Shown here in pieces: positions 8,794 through 17,774 of a stretch of 45,817 nt of DNA (within the stretch, counting starts at the first letter, position 1; every line of letters starts with the position of its first letter). A program made the position numbers and the translations under genes. Origin of the DNA: an uncultured archaeon (lineage in GTDB: Archaea; Asgardarchaeota; Lokiarchaeia; Sigyniarchaeales; SOKP01); contig CAZDTP010000030.1 of the NCBI GenBank assembly GCA_964508365.1, positions 1 to 45,817 of the forward strand, written 5' to 3'. The notes under the pieces were generated by a model. That model saw only the letters and a program-made list of their open reading frames with translations, searched no databases and was not told where the DNA came from.

Positions 8794-10215
8794 ATGAATT
8801 TAGAGAATTTATTTAAGCCAAAATCAATGGCAGTAGTAGGAATTAGCAAAAAAAATCCATTGAGTCCAGGGAGAATAATTTTTGTAAAGAATGTTTTTGA
8901 AATGGACGTAAAAGTTTATGGAATCCATCCAGAGGGAGGAGAGGTTGATGGGATAAGCTTATATACTCGATTGGATGAGCTGCCTGAAATACCTAATCTT
9001 TTAGTAATTGCCATCTCGGCAGAAGATACTTTAGGTTATGTGCAAGCTTGCGCAGACTTACATATCCCTGCGTGCATTATTATTGGGGGAGGATTTGCTG
9101 AGATAGGATCGGAAGGAGTTAAACGGCAAGAAAAGTTAGTACAAATTGCAAATGATAATGCAATCGCAGTATTAGGGCCAAATTGTATAGGAGTATATTC
9201 CCCACCTTTACTGGATACAATCTTTATGCCAACGGAGCGGATTACACGCCCTCCTAAAGGGACAGTTGCGCTAATCAGTCAATCTGGAGGTGTTTTAGTA
9301 GATCAATTCTTTCATAAATTCAATGAAATTAACATAGGGGTTTCAACTGCTGTTTCTATAGGTAATCGTGCGGTGGTCGATGAAACTATGTTATTAGAAT
9401 ACTTTAGTAAATATGATAAAGAAACATCTAATATTGCGTTTTATTTGGAGGGTTTTAAGTCGAGCAGAAAGTTTTTAGAGTTGGCGAGAGAATCAAACGA
9501 CACAGTTATAACCTATTTTGGAGGGTTATCCGAGCAAGGTAAGAGAGCTACTATGTCCCATACTGCGAGTTTATCAGGAAACGATAAAGTCCTCTCTGCT
9601 GCATTAAAGCAAAATTTAATAATTCAACCAAGAACAGAACTTGAGATGCTTACATATTTAAAGTTATTTGATGTCCTGTCTCATAAAAAAAAACCTTTTG
9701 ATTATAATAAAATTGTACATGGAAATGTCGCTATTTTATCAATTTCAGGAGGACATGGAGTCATATGTACCGATCTGCTCAAGGTATATCATCTATCTAG
9801 TGTGGAATATACAGAAGAAGAAAAACAAGATATGCAACAATTAGTAAATCCCGTTGCGCGTAATATAGCCTCATTTAATAACCCTATAGACCTTACTGGC
9901 TCTGCTAAGGACGAAGATATTGAAAATATTATTCAGTATTTATCAAAAATTGAACGCATTGAATGTATAATTCTTCTTATCTTACCCTATACTCCTTCAA
10001 TCTCGTTTCAGATTGGGAGAAAGATAGCGAATAGAGTAACAACTGATAAAAAGCCATTAGTGTGTTTTATACCTTACATTCAAAAATATGGACTGATAAT
10101 AGAATCTTTAGAGCTTTCAAATGTTCCTGTTTTTCACAGTATCGAAGAAGCTGTTCAAGCGGTCTCAGCTCTTAAAATGTTGACACGAATTTATAATATT
10201 AAACAAAAAAAGTAA
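8794..10215 (+). CDS. Acyl-CoA synthetase (NDP-forming) alpha-type subunit / CoA-binding protein
   Basis: GPNCIG, ALISQSGG, SIGN, YLEG, SHTASL phospho-His motif, NPIDLTG. Confidence 0.88.
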   Translation: MNLENLFKPKSMAVVGISKKNPLSPGRIIFVKNVFEMDVKVYGIHPEGGEVDGISLYTRLDELPEIPNLLVIAISAEDTLGYVQACADLHIPACIIIGGGFAEIGSEGVKRQEKLVQIANDNAIAVLGPNCIGVYSPPLLDTIFMPTERITRPPKGTVALISQSGGVLVDQFFHKFNEINIGVSTAVSIGNRAVVDETMLLEYFSKYDKETSNIAFYLEGFKSSRKFLELARESNDTVITYFGGLSEQGKRATMSHTASLSGNDKVLSAALKQNLIIQPRTELEMLTYLKLFDVLSHKKKPFDYNKIVHGNVAILSISGGHGVICTDLLKVYHLSSVEYTEEEKQDMQQLVNPVARNIASFNNPIDLTGSAKDEDIENIIQYLSKIERIECIILLILPYTPSISFQIGRKIANRVTTDKKPLVCFIPYIQKYGLIIESLELSNVPVFHSIEEAVQAVSALKMLTRIYNIKQKK

Positions 10216-10254
10216 AAAATTTTGGGATTAAATTCAGAATATAAAATTGTTCGT

Positions 10255-11679
10255 TTATTTCTCATAATCTGTGAATTGAGGGATATATCCCTTTTCCATT
10301 AGCAATTTAAATTGACCCTGAGAATTGTCTATAATATTCTTAGATTTTGAGAGTAGTTCCTCTTCAGAGAGATTAATTTTAGCAACGCCTTGCTCAATTG
10401 CTTTCAATCCTACAGCAGTAGCTTGTCTAATAAACGCATTTTCATATTGCATAGTAGGGAGAATACAATTATCCACAAGGCAACCTTCAATCTCATCTAC
10501 TAAATTTGCGAGAGTATGTGATGCTGCAATACACATTTCATCAGTTATAGTAGTAGCACGTACATCTAAAGTTCCTCTAAATACTCCTGGAAAACAGAGT
10601 GAATTATTTACCTGATTAAGAAAATCAGAGCGACCGGTTGCAACGATTCTAGCTCCAGCTTCTTTGGCGTCCCATGGAAAAATCTCCGGAATTGGATTAG
10701 CTAAAGCGAAAACTATTGCGTCATCTGTCATTTTTGAAATCCATTCTTTTTTGATAACATTTGGTCCCGGAACGCTTGATGAGATGAGGATATCTGCTCC
10801 TTCTAAAGCCTTACCACAATCTCCTCTAATTTGTTCTTGATTACTTATTTTAGCGACTTCACATTTATAATCTTGTGGACATTGTAAATCAGTTCGCTCT
10901 TTGAACAAGATTCCTTTACTATCGACGAAAATTGAGTTAGTTATATTAAATCCGTCAGCTTTTAGTAACCGATAAATCCCAAAATTAGCAGCGCCTATTC
11001 CGTTGAACACTATTTTAACTTGTGCTTTTTTCTTTCCAACAATTCGTAGAGAATTCATTAATCCTGCTAGAGTCACACAGGCAGTTCCCTGTTGATCGTC
11101 ATGCCAAACAGGAATATTTATGTCTGGATCACTGCGTAATTTATCCAAAACCGTAAAGCATTTTGGGTTGCTAATATCTTCTAAATTTATACCACCAAAT
11201 GTAGGCTGAACCATTTTTACAAATTCTATAATATCTTCGGCGTCACAACATTCTTTTTGACCAATACATAGTGGAAACGCATCAACTCCACCTAAATATT
11301 TAAAAAGAAGAGCTTTACCTTCCATTACTGGCAATGCTGCTTCAGGACCAATATTACCAAGTCCTAAAACTCTACTTCCGTCACTGACGACAGCAACATA
11401 ATTCCACTTACTTGTATAATCATATACCTTTTCTTTATCCTGAAAGATTTCAGAGGAAGGTGCGGCTACTCCTGGCGAATACCAAATTCCAAAATCATCA
11501 TAATTCCGAACTTGACAACGTGGAATAACTTGAATCTTTCCTCTGTAGAATTTATGCATTCTAATCGCATTTATTCCAGGAATTTTTGTTTTTTTTAGGA
11601 GTTGTTCTTTAGTTTTTTTTTCCATGATAGATATTAAGCTAAATGATATTAAAATTAAATTGATATTGGAATATAACAT
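10255..11679 (-). CDS. NAD(P)-dependent malic enzyme
   Basis: YSPGVA, DGSRVLGLGNIG, PVMEGKALLFK, INLEDI, HDDQQGT, ALANP, ATGRSD, NQVNNSLCFPG; probable start ATG 11625. Confidence 0.95.
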   Translation of the reverse strand: MLYSNINLILISFSLISIMEKKTKEQLLKKTKIPGINAIRMHKFYRGKIQVIPRCQVRNYDDFGIWYSPGVAAPSSEIFQDKEKVYDYTSKWNYVAVVSDGSRVLGLGNIGPEAALPVMEGKALLFKYLGGVDAFPLCIGQKECCDAEDIIEFVKMVQPTFGGINLEDISNPKCFTVLDKLRSDPDINIPVWHDDQQGTACVTLAGLMNSLRIVGKKKAQVKIVFNGIGAANFGIYRLLKADGFNITNSIFVDSKGILFKERTDLQCPQDYKCEVAKISNQEQIRGDCGKALEGADILISSSVPGPNVIKKEWISKMTDDAIVFALANPIPEIFPWDAKEAGARIVATGRSDFLNQVNNSLCFPGVFRGTLDVRATTITDEMCIAASHTLANLVDEIEGCLVDNCILPTMQYENAFIRQATAVGLKAIEQGVAKINLSEEELLSKSKNIIDNSQGQFKLLMEKGYIPQFTDYEK

Positions 11680-11947
11680 AAAGAAAGATTTAATTAATGC
11701 GCTACTTCTTGACGAAGATATCTTTAAAATCTTTTAGTCAATAATTAGCTATTTTTAGATCAGTGAAGTATCAAGTCGCTCATTGCATAAAGTATTGTAT
11801 TTTTGGATATAGTGATTATTCCTTCCAAATAAGAAAACTCCACCCTTTCATTGGGCTCACAGGATTGATAGAGTTACTATTTAAATATTATCAAGGGATT
11901 TCTTTTGATAATAAATCATCTATTTTATGTAATAAATCAGTTAAATC

Positions 11948-12238
11948 TTATTCGATTATAGCCCAAATTATTTCATAATTCACTCCAAAATATTGATGGA
12001 TAAGTCTATCTCGAATACTAGCAATTTTATTCCAAGGGATTGACTTAGATTTATTTTTTAAATTATCCGGTAAAAGTTTAACAGCCTCACCAATTATCTC
12101 AAAATTCCGTACAACAGCATCTTGAGTTTTTATGTCTTTTAAAAATTGGTCAAAATTTATATTTATAACATATTTTTTAATTCTTGATATTGCTTCTTTT
12201 ATGTCGCTCAGAATTTCTACAGCTCTTCTTTTAGACAT
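11948..12238 (-). CDS. hepT: HEPN/DUF86 toxin (HepT-like), apparently C-terminally truncated
   Basis: DAVVRNFEIIGEA and RDRLIHQY (RX4HXY); TAA at 11948-11950, after which the frame continues DLTDLLHKIDDLLSKEIP* to 11891. Confidence 0.85.
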   Translation of the reverse strand: MSKRRAVEILSDIKEAISRIKKYVININFDQFLKDIKTQDAVVRNFEIIGEAVKLLPDNLKNKSKSIPWNKIASIRDRLIHQYFGVNYEIIWAIIE

Positions 12239-12533
12239 ATATCACACTCATACTGATTTCTTGGGCAATTTTTTCTACTCTTATACTTCTAATTCCTTCG
12301 GGAGTTAAAATATCCACTTTCTTATTGAACAAATTTTCTAAATAATCAGCCAAATCCATAAAAGCTAATCCAATTGATTTTTCAAATTCTACAATTATGT
12401 CAAGATCACTTTCTTCTTTTGGCTTCCCTTTAGCAAAAGATCCAAAGAGCCCAATTTTTTTAATTTTAAATTCTTTTTTAAGAAAAGACAGTTCTTCTCT
12501 TAATTTATTAATAACTTCTTCACTCGTCAACAT
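12231..12533 (-). CDS. mntA: Minimal nucleotidyltransferase antitoxin (MntA-like)
   Basis: GLFGSFAKG...SDLDIIV (GSX10DXD); overlaps the start of the HEPN gene. Confidence 0.9.
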   Translation of the reverse strand: MLTSEEVINKLREELSFLKKEFKIKKIGLFGSFAKGKPKEESDLDIIVEFEKSIGLAFMDLADYLENLFNKKVDILTPEGIRSIRVEKIAQEISMSVIYV

Positions 12534-12752
12534 TTTTTTTCATATTAAATGTAATTTAGGAAATTAGGAATATTCTAATTGTTTTAAAGTCAGTATTATC
12601 AATAAATAAGATGTTTTTCTTGATATAAATTCTTTATATTCCTATTCTTAAAAAAAAGAGATGATTATTAATTTTTAAATAATTTCATGAAGAATAGGTT
12701 TGTACAAATAAAAAACTTTCAAAAACGCCGTTTATATTGTAGGTTGATGTTG

Positions 12753-12912
12753 TCATTATGAACAAATAGAAAAGCACTAGCGGCGAGACGGGGATTACCG
12801 CGTGTAAGGCACCATTCACATAAAATTTAAGTTTGTCTCCTTTTTTAACGGTATTTCTGCTCATAATAAATAGGAGTGAATTTTTAACTTTAAATTTATA
12901 ACAACCTTCTTT
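12753..12912 (-). pseudogene. rnhA: Degraded 5' end plus promoter region of a third RNase HI copy
   Basis: 12753-12864 aligns to 3280-3389 (about 18 mismatches and a 2-nt insertion by hand); ATG at 12864, MSRNTVKKGDKLKFYVNGA with catalytic D to N and then a frameshift; upstream TATAAATTTA also conserved. Confidence 0.85.
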
Positions 12913-13197
12913 ATTCTATTCTTTCTTGACTTGAAATTCTTTGACGAATTTCCTAATGATACGTAATATTTTTTTATAAAACCCCACAGAAATATAGATT
13001 AAATATTTACTAATGTAGAAAAGCTTTAATATCAGAGTTCATTTACTAGAAACTTAATAACACTTAATTTAATAAAAGGGTTACATTAATTATGAAAATT
13101 TCCTTAAAATTAGATTTGTTTTTTTAAACTTAATTTCTTAATTTTATAGATGAGGAAATTAACACCATCAAAATTAATTAAATATGAGGTAATTAGA

Positions 13198-14130
13198 ATG
13201 ATCGAAGATTTACATGTGGATAAGAATTATATCTCAGCAGACTCTTTGAATAAACAGGAGGAACTTGTTAACTTAAAAATTGATATATTGGAGGATGGAC
13301 TCCATCTTCCCAGTAAGAGCAAATATTTTGACACAATTACGGAACATCAACACAATTTTTACAATTTAGCAAAATATTACGATTTAGCGTTCATGAGGGA
13401 TACAAAGGGAGACATAGATTTTTTCATTAGATGTTTTCAGAGATATAGTGATATTGAAGTAACGCATGTTTTAGAAGCAGCTTGTGGTCCAGGGTTATTT
13501 TTAGAAATGATGGCCGTAGGTGGATATAATGTGTTCGGGTTTGATTTAAATCCTGCAATGGTTGAATATTCGAAAAATAGGTTAAGGAAACAAGGAATTT
13601 CAATAATTAATGCTGATGCAGTAATCGCTAATATGAAAAATTTTGAATTTGCAGAGAAATTTGATGCGGCGTTTGTTTGTATAAATAGCTTAGGATATTT
13701 AAAAACTGATCAAGAAATCATTTCACATTTCAAATCGATGAACAAAGCTTTAAATAAAGGGGCTATCTACATTGTCGAAATTAGTTGTAAATGCGATGAT
13801 ATAAAAGCCGAAAAAAAAGTTGATGAAACTTGGCATGTAAAAGAGGAACATGTCGAAATTGATTTGAAATGGGTAATTAAAAGTTATGATATGAATAAAC
13901 GATTAAGGAATATTGATTTCAAAATGGTCGTTAATGATAATGGAAGTCAAATCGTTGTTGAGGAGGAGCATGAACTCAGATTATGGATATTTGAAGAGTT
14001 TAAGGAATTCGCTCGGTCAGGCGGATTTGAAATTGTTGGGATATTTAACCAAAATTATGAATTAGTTTCTGAGCAAGAAAAAATTACTGGAGAATTGGGA
14101 GTCTTATATTTTGTATTAAAAAAAGTATAG
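13198..14130 (+). CDS. Class I SAM-dependent methyltransferase
   Basis: VLEAACGPG motif I, GFDLNPAMV, ANMKNF, FDAAF; GAGGT SD before ATG 13198 (ORF open from 13150). Confidence 0.9.
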   Translation: MIEDLHVDKNYISADSLNKQEELVNLKIDILEDGLHLPSKSKYFDTITEHQHNFYNLAKYYDLAFMRDTKGDIDFFIRCFQRYSDIEVTHVLEAACGPGLFLEMMAVGGYNVFGFDLNPAMVEYSKNRLRKQGISIINADAVIANMKNFEFAEKFDAAFVCINSLGYLKTDQEIISHFKSMNKALNKGAIYIVEISCKCDDIKAEKKVDETWHVKEEHVEIDLKWVIKSYDMNKRLRNIDFKMVVNDNGSQIVVEEEHELRLWIFEEFKEFARSGGFEIVGIFNQNYELVSEQEKITGELGVLYFVLKKV

Positions 14131-14194
14131 TACCACTATTAGTTTATGCTGAAATTCTTATGTGAAATCAGATTTTTAGTTTAACTCTTTCATT

Positions 14195-15574
14195 TTAAAT
14201 TTCATTCGGTAATTTTTCTTCTTTTTTATTCTTTTTCCGATTTTTTGGATGATTTCTAAGAGTTAAATCATAGAGCCACCGATAGATTGCCATATTTTTC
14301 AAATTAGATATTGGTTTGGTAGTTACTCTTACTTCTTTGATCTTAGGTAACAAAATAATTACTACAATAAATCGAACGATTCCAGATATTAAAAATAAGA
14401 AATGAAAAGAGTTCATAAAAGTAATGGGAAGAAAAGTGATAAGTAGACTGCCTATTACTCCACCTGTTAAGATTGAGATTCCTAATAAAGAATTATAAAA
14501 AGCAATATACATTCCAATTTTTTTAGTAGGGATATTATCGTAAATAAAATTCGAGCACGCTAAATTGAAGGCTGTCCATCCGATACCGTTTAATAATTGT
14601 GGAACGAAGAGAATTCCAGTTGGAGTGTTAACAAATATCCATAAAATTGGTAATAAAGGGATGATAATACTTCCAAGTTGAAGCATTCTTACATTCCCAA
14701 ATTTATCGCAAAGTTTTCCCAATAAGGGAAAGAAAAATAATGATATCACAGAGGGGAAAATATTAATGAGAATATAAAGGGAATAATTAAATTGCAGATC
14801 TGTTAACAAATAAATGGCATAGAATGGACCAGCTATCCATTGTCCAAGCATTATTAAGGAAACAAATAAGGTAAATTTCCCAAAATTGGTTTTTGGGATT
14901 TCTTTAATAATTTGAACAAACTTAACATGCTCTGAAGCTTCAATATGAAAAGGAGGAAAATGATGTTTAGTAAAAAAGATAACTGACATCATACGAGTAA
15001 TAAATCCTATGGAAAAAACAAGAATAAATCCTAAAAAAATCACTCCTTGGACTTCAAACCAATCTAAAGAAAATGATAAGATCAATATTCCAGTTAAAGC
15101 AATCGTATTTGTTATGAGATTACGTTTTGCAAAATATCTGCCTCTAAAATTTTCGGGCACGATATCGCCCATTACAGAAAACCAAGCAGGATTCAATATC
15201 CCTGCGAAAAACATGTAAATTAAAAACAAACCGAGGAGGAGCCAAGGAAGCAGTTGATTTATCATTCCAAATTGAAAGATAAGAGCCAAAACAATGTAAA
15301 GTGGCCAAATCGCTGCCATACCAATGACTCCACTTAGAGTAACTGATTTTCTTGAATTTTTTTCGGTTCTGTACGATCCAATAATTTGGCCTATAGGAGA
15401 TACCAAATTTCCTAATGATGATAAAATACCAATCTGGAGGGGGGTTGAATTAAGGTTAAGTGCAAAGGGTACGATATAATTATCAGATAACATGCTACTA
15501 AGAGCTCCAAAAGAACCCTCTGCAATTGAGATTTTCATTGTTTTATTTTTAAGAACATCATCCGAGAGCTTCAT
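14195..15574 (-). CDS. MFS transporter
   Basis: About 12 hydrophobic helices; MGDIVPENFRGRYF and GKLCDKFGN loop motifs. Confidence 0.88.
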   Translation of the reverse strand: MKLSDDVLKNKTMKISIAEGSFGALSSMLSDNYIVPFALNLNSTPLQIGILSSLGNLVSPIGQIIGSYRTEKNSRKSVTLSGVIGMAAIWPLYIVLALIFQFGMINQLLPWLLLGLFLIYMFFAGILNPAWFSVMGDIVPENFRGRYFAKRNLITNTIALTGILILSFSLDWFEVQGVIFLGFILVFSIGFITRMMSVIFFTKHHFPPFHIEASEHVKFVQIIKEIPKTNFGKFTLFVSLIMLGQWIAGPFYAIYLLTDLQFNYSLYILINIFPSVISLFFFPLLGKLCDKFGNVRMLQLGSIIIPLLPILWIFVNTPTGILFVPQLLNGIGWTAFNLACSNFIYDNIPTKKIGMYIAFYNSLLGISILTGGVIGSLLITFLPITFMNSFHFLFLISGIVRFIVVIILLPKIKEVRVTTKPISNLKNMAIYRWLYDLTLRNHPKNRKKNKKEEKLPNEI

Positions 15575-15599
15575 GATATTTCAGTTGTCTAATGAGATA

Positions 15600-16742
15600 T
15601 TAAGTGTTTATATGAATGACTTTTGCAGGGGGAAATCCATTAAAATGAGTAGCGGAAGCATTAGTATAAGCTCCAACATTTTCAGAATAGAGTAAATCTT
15701 CAAGATTTAATTCAGGTAATTGTTCATGGAGAGAAATTTTGTCTAAAGCATCGCACGTTGGTCCTACGACTGCAGATTCTTTTAGCAAACCTTCCTTGAA
15801 AGCTTTAAAATGATATTGGATATGGTCGAAAATAACGCCTGAAAAGGTATTATATACTCCATCATTAACATAATAATATATTTTATCGTTTCTCATCGCT
15901 TTACCGTTAATTTCGACTATAACAACCGCTGTAGTTGCAACAAAAAAGCGTCCCGGTTCTGCTATTATTTTTATTTCAAGATTATCAAAGTATTCAGAGA
16001 TATTACTGTTAATAACTTCAGCTAAGGTTTCAAAAGAAGGGGTATATTCTTCATAGGGAACGGGAAAACCACCACCTATATCTAAGAATGTTAATTCTTC
16101 TCCAATCTCTTTAGCTTGTTCAAAAAGTTCACGAGTAATTTGAAATGCGTGGGTATAGTTTTCGAAATTACTACATTGACTACCAACATGAAAACTCAAT
16201 CCCTCCACTTTAAGTCCTAACTTTTTCGCATGTTTAATTAAGTCCAGACAAATGTTAGGATTCGCTCCAAATTTTGTAGAGAGCTCCACAACTGAGCCAG
16301 TGTTAGGAACATCCACCCGTAAAATTAAACGGCTATTTTTACAGTATTGAGCAATCTTATCAACTTCTATATAATTATCAAAAGTCATTCGGATAGAAAA
16401 TTCATTGAGTTTTTTTAATGAATCGATTCTTTTTACAGGATTAGCATAAATTACTTTCTCATTCATAAATGCTTTTTTATCCTCTTGATTTCCCTCAATC
16501 ACATCATAAACAATCATGAATTCTTCCCACGAAGCAACATCAAACCCACAACCTTCATTGTATAAAGTTTCTACTATTTTTGGTTCGGGATTAGCTTTTA
16601 TAGCATAAAAAGGTTGTACATCAGGGAGATACTTGCAGAAATTAAAATAGTTCGCTTTAATTAAGTCATGATCAATAACAATCAAGGGAGTACCATTTGC
16701 ATTCGCAAGGTTTAATAGAGTTGATTTCTCAATCATTTTCAT
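15600..16742 (-). CDS. Fold-type III PLP ornithine decarboxylase (eukaryote-type ODC/LDC family)
   Basis: PFYAIKANP (PLP Lys), FDVAS, KFGA, SFHVGSQ, LDIGGGF, AEPGRFF, NDGVY, IFDH specificity element, GPTCDALD, GAYT. Confidence 0.9.
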   Translation of the reverse strand: MKMIEKSTLLNLANANGTPLIVIDHDLIKANYFNFCKYLPDVQPFYAIKANPEPKIVETLYNEGCGFDVASWEEFMIVYDVIEGNQEDKKAFMNEKVIYANPVKRIDSLKKLNEFSIRMTFDNYIEVDKIAQYCKNSRLILRVDVPNTGSVVELSTKFGANPNICLDLIKHAKKLGLKVEGLSFHVGSQCSNFENYTHAFQITRELFEQAKEIGEELTFLDIGGGFPVPYEEYTPSFETLAEVINSNISEYFDNLEIKIIAEPGRFFVATTAVVIVEINGKAMRNDKIYYYVNDGVYNTFSGVIFDHIQYHFKAFKEGLLKESAVVGPTCDALDKISLHEQLPELNLEDLLYSENVGAYTNASATHFNGFPPAKVIHINT

Positions 16743-16968
16743 ATCCCTTAATTTTTAATGAATTTAATGACGCATGGTTAAAAACTTTTTTTTAACGAGT
16801 TTGCGGGAAAATGTGTGGATTAAAACATATTTTTCAAAAAACGAATTTTTGCTAAAAATTCTTTATTTAATGTGGCAAAAGACAAATCTTTAAAAAGGAA
16901 AACAACAAAACTTTATTTATATTAATTTGATTCTAAAATTTTAAATGATTAAGGAGAGGTATTATCTA

Positions 16969-17067
16969 ATGGCAAAAAAGAAAGCTCCTGTAAAAAAAAA
17001 ACCTGCACCAAAAACGCCCGTTAAGAAAAAAGCTCCCGTTAAGAAAAAAGCTCCACCTAAAAAATAA
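16969..17067 (+). CDS. Unannotated 32-aa Lys/Pro/Ala-rich basic microprotein, histone H1-tail-like
   Basis: MAKKKAPVKKKPAPKTPVKKKAPVKKKAPPKK*; AAGGAGAGGT SD 8 nt upstream; TATA-like TTTATTTATA at 16912; long T-tract at about 17100. Confidence 0.8.
   Translation: MAKKKAPVKKKPAPKTPVKKKAPVKKKAPPKK
17017..17054 (+). repeat. 18-bp tandem repeat inside the microprotein gene
   Basis: CCCGTTAAGAAAAAAGCT twice (17017-17034, 17035-17052) plus CC; in frame, encoding PVKKKA. Confidence 0.9.
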
Positions 17068-17774
17068 TTTACTAAAAAAGGAAAGGAATAACACTTCCGT
17101 TTTTTTTTATTTTTGATTTTATTATGTTTTATCTACATCTTTAACATGATAGGGAATATACTTATTTTAATGACTTTTTAACAAAATTCAAATCTGGAGA
17201 AAAACATATAGCAGAATTAAGAGTAAATCTTTAATAAGGTTTAGAAGTGATAAGATATTTTTTTAAGTGGGGGGATAACTGTTAAATTCTTTTAAGCTAT
17301 CTAATTCTCGGTCAGCAGCATAACCTAAAAATCCATTAGTAACGCAATTACTATAGAAATTAAATTTTAATGATAATGATTATCCTGCTTTCCAGTAGTG
17401 GTTCAGTCCTAGCACATGGCATTCATATGTTAATAACGGATGGCATTGATCTGGGTCTCGTTATGATGTAGGAGACTGTTGCTATACAATTTGGTTTAGA
17501 ATTGACTCGGTTTATTAAATCAGATAAAAATAAAGGATTTTGCTTAATTAAAATTTAGATCAACGATTTTAGGAGAATTATGGCTCATTTAAGGAATTAT
17601 AAGGAATTAAATAGCTAAAAACTTACTGAAATTTGGTGATTTAATGTCTCTTTTTTTTCCTTGAATAATTAATTCTCATATGAATGATTTAACCTCGCGA
17701 TTAAATAATCACACGCAATGTTAATTTGATTGTAAAGAAATTTGATTAAAATAAATCTAACATCTATAAAATAA

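Noticed and set aside
1009-12912. Calling the rnhA-bracketed block a mobile element
   Set aside because: No integrase, transposase, terminal inverted repeats or replication genes; reported only as a recombination footprint
17100-17770. Coding-like fragments in the gap after the microprotein (e.g. MIILLSSSGSVLAHGIHMLITDGIDLGLVMM* on +, ...NGFLGYAADRELDSL... on -)
   Set aside because: Short, interrupted by stops, with no family recognisable; possibly decayed genes but not supportable without a search
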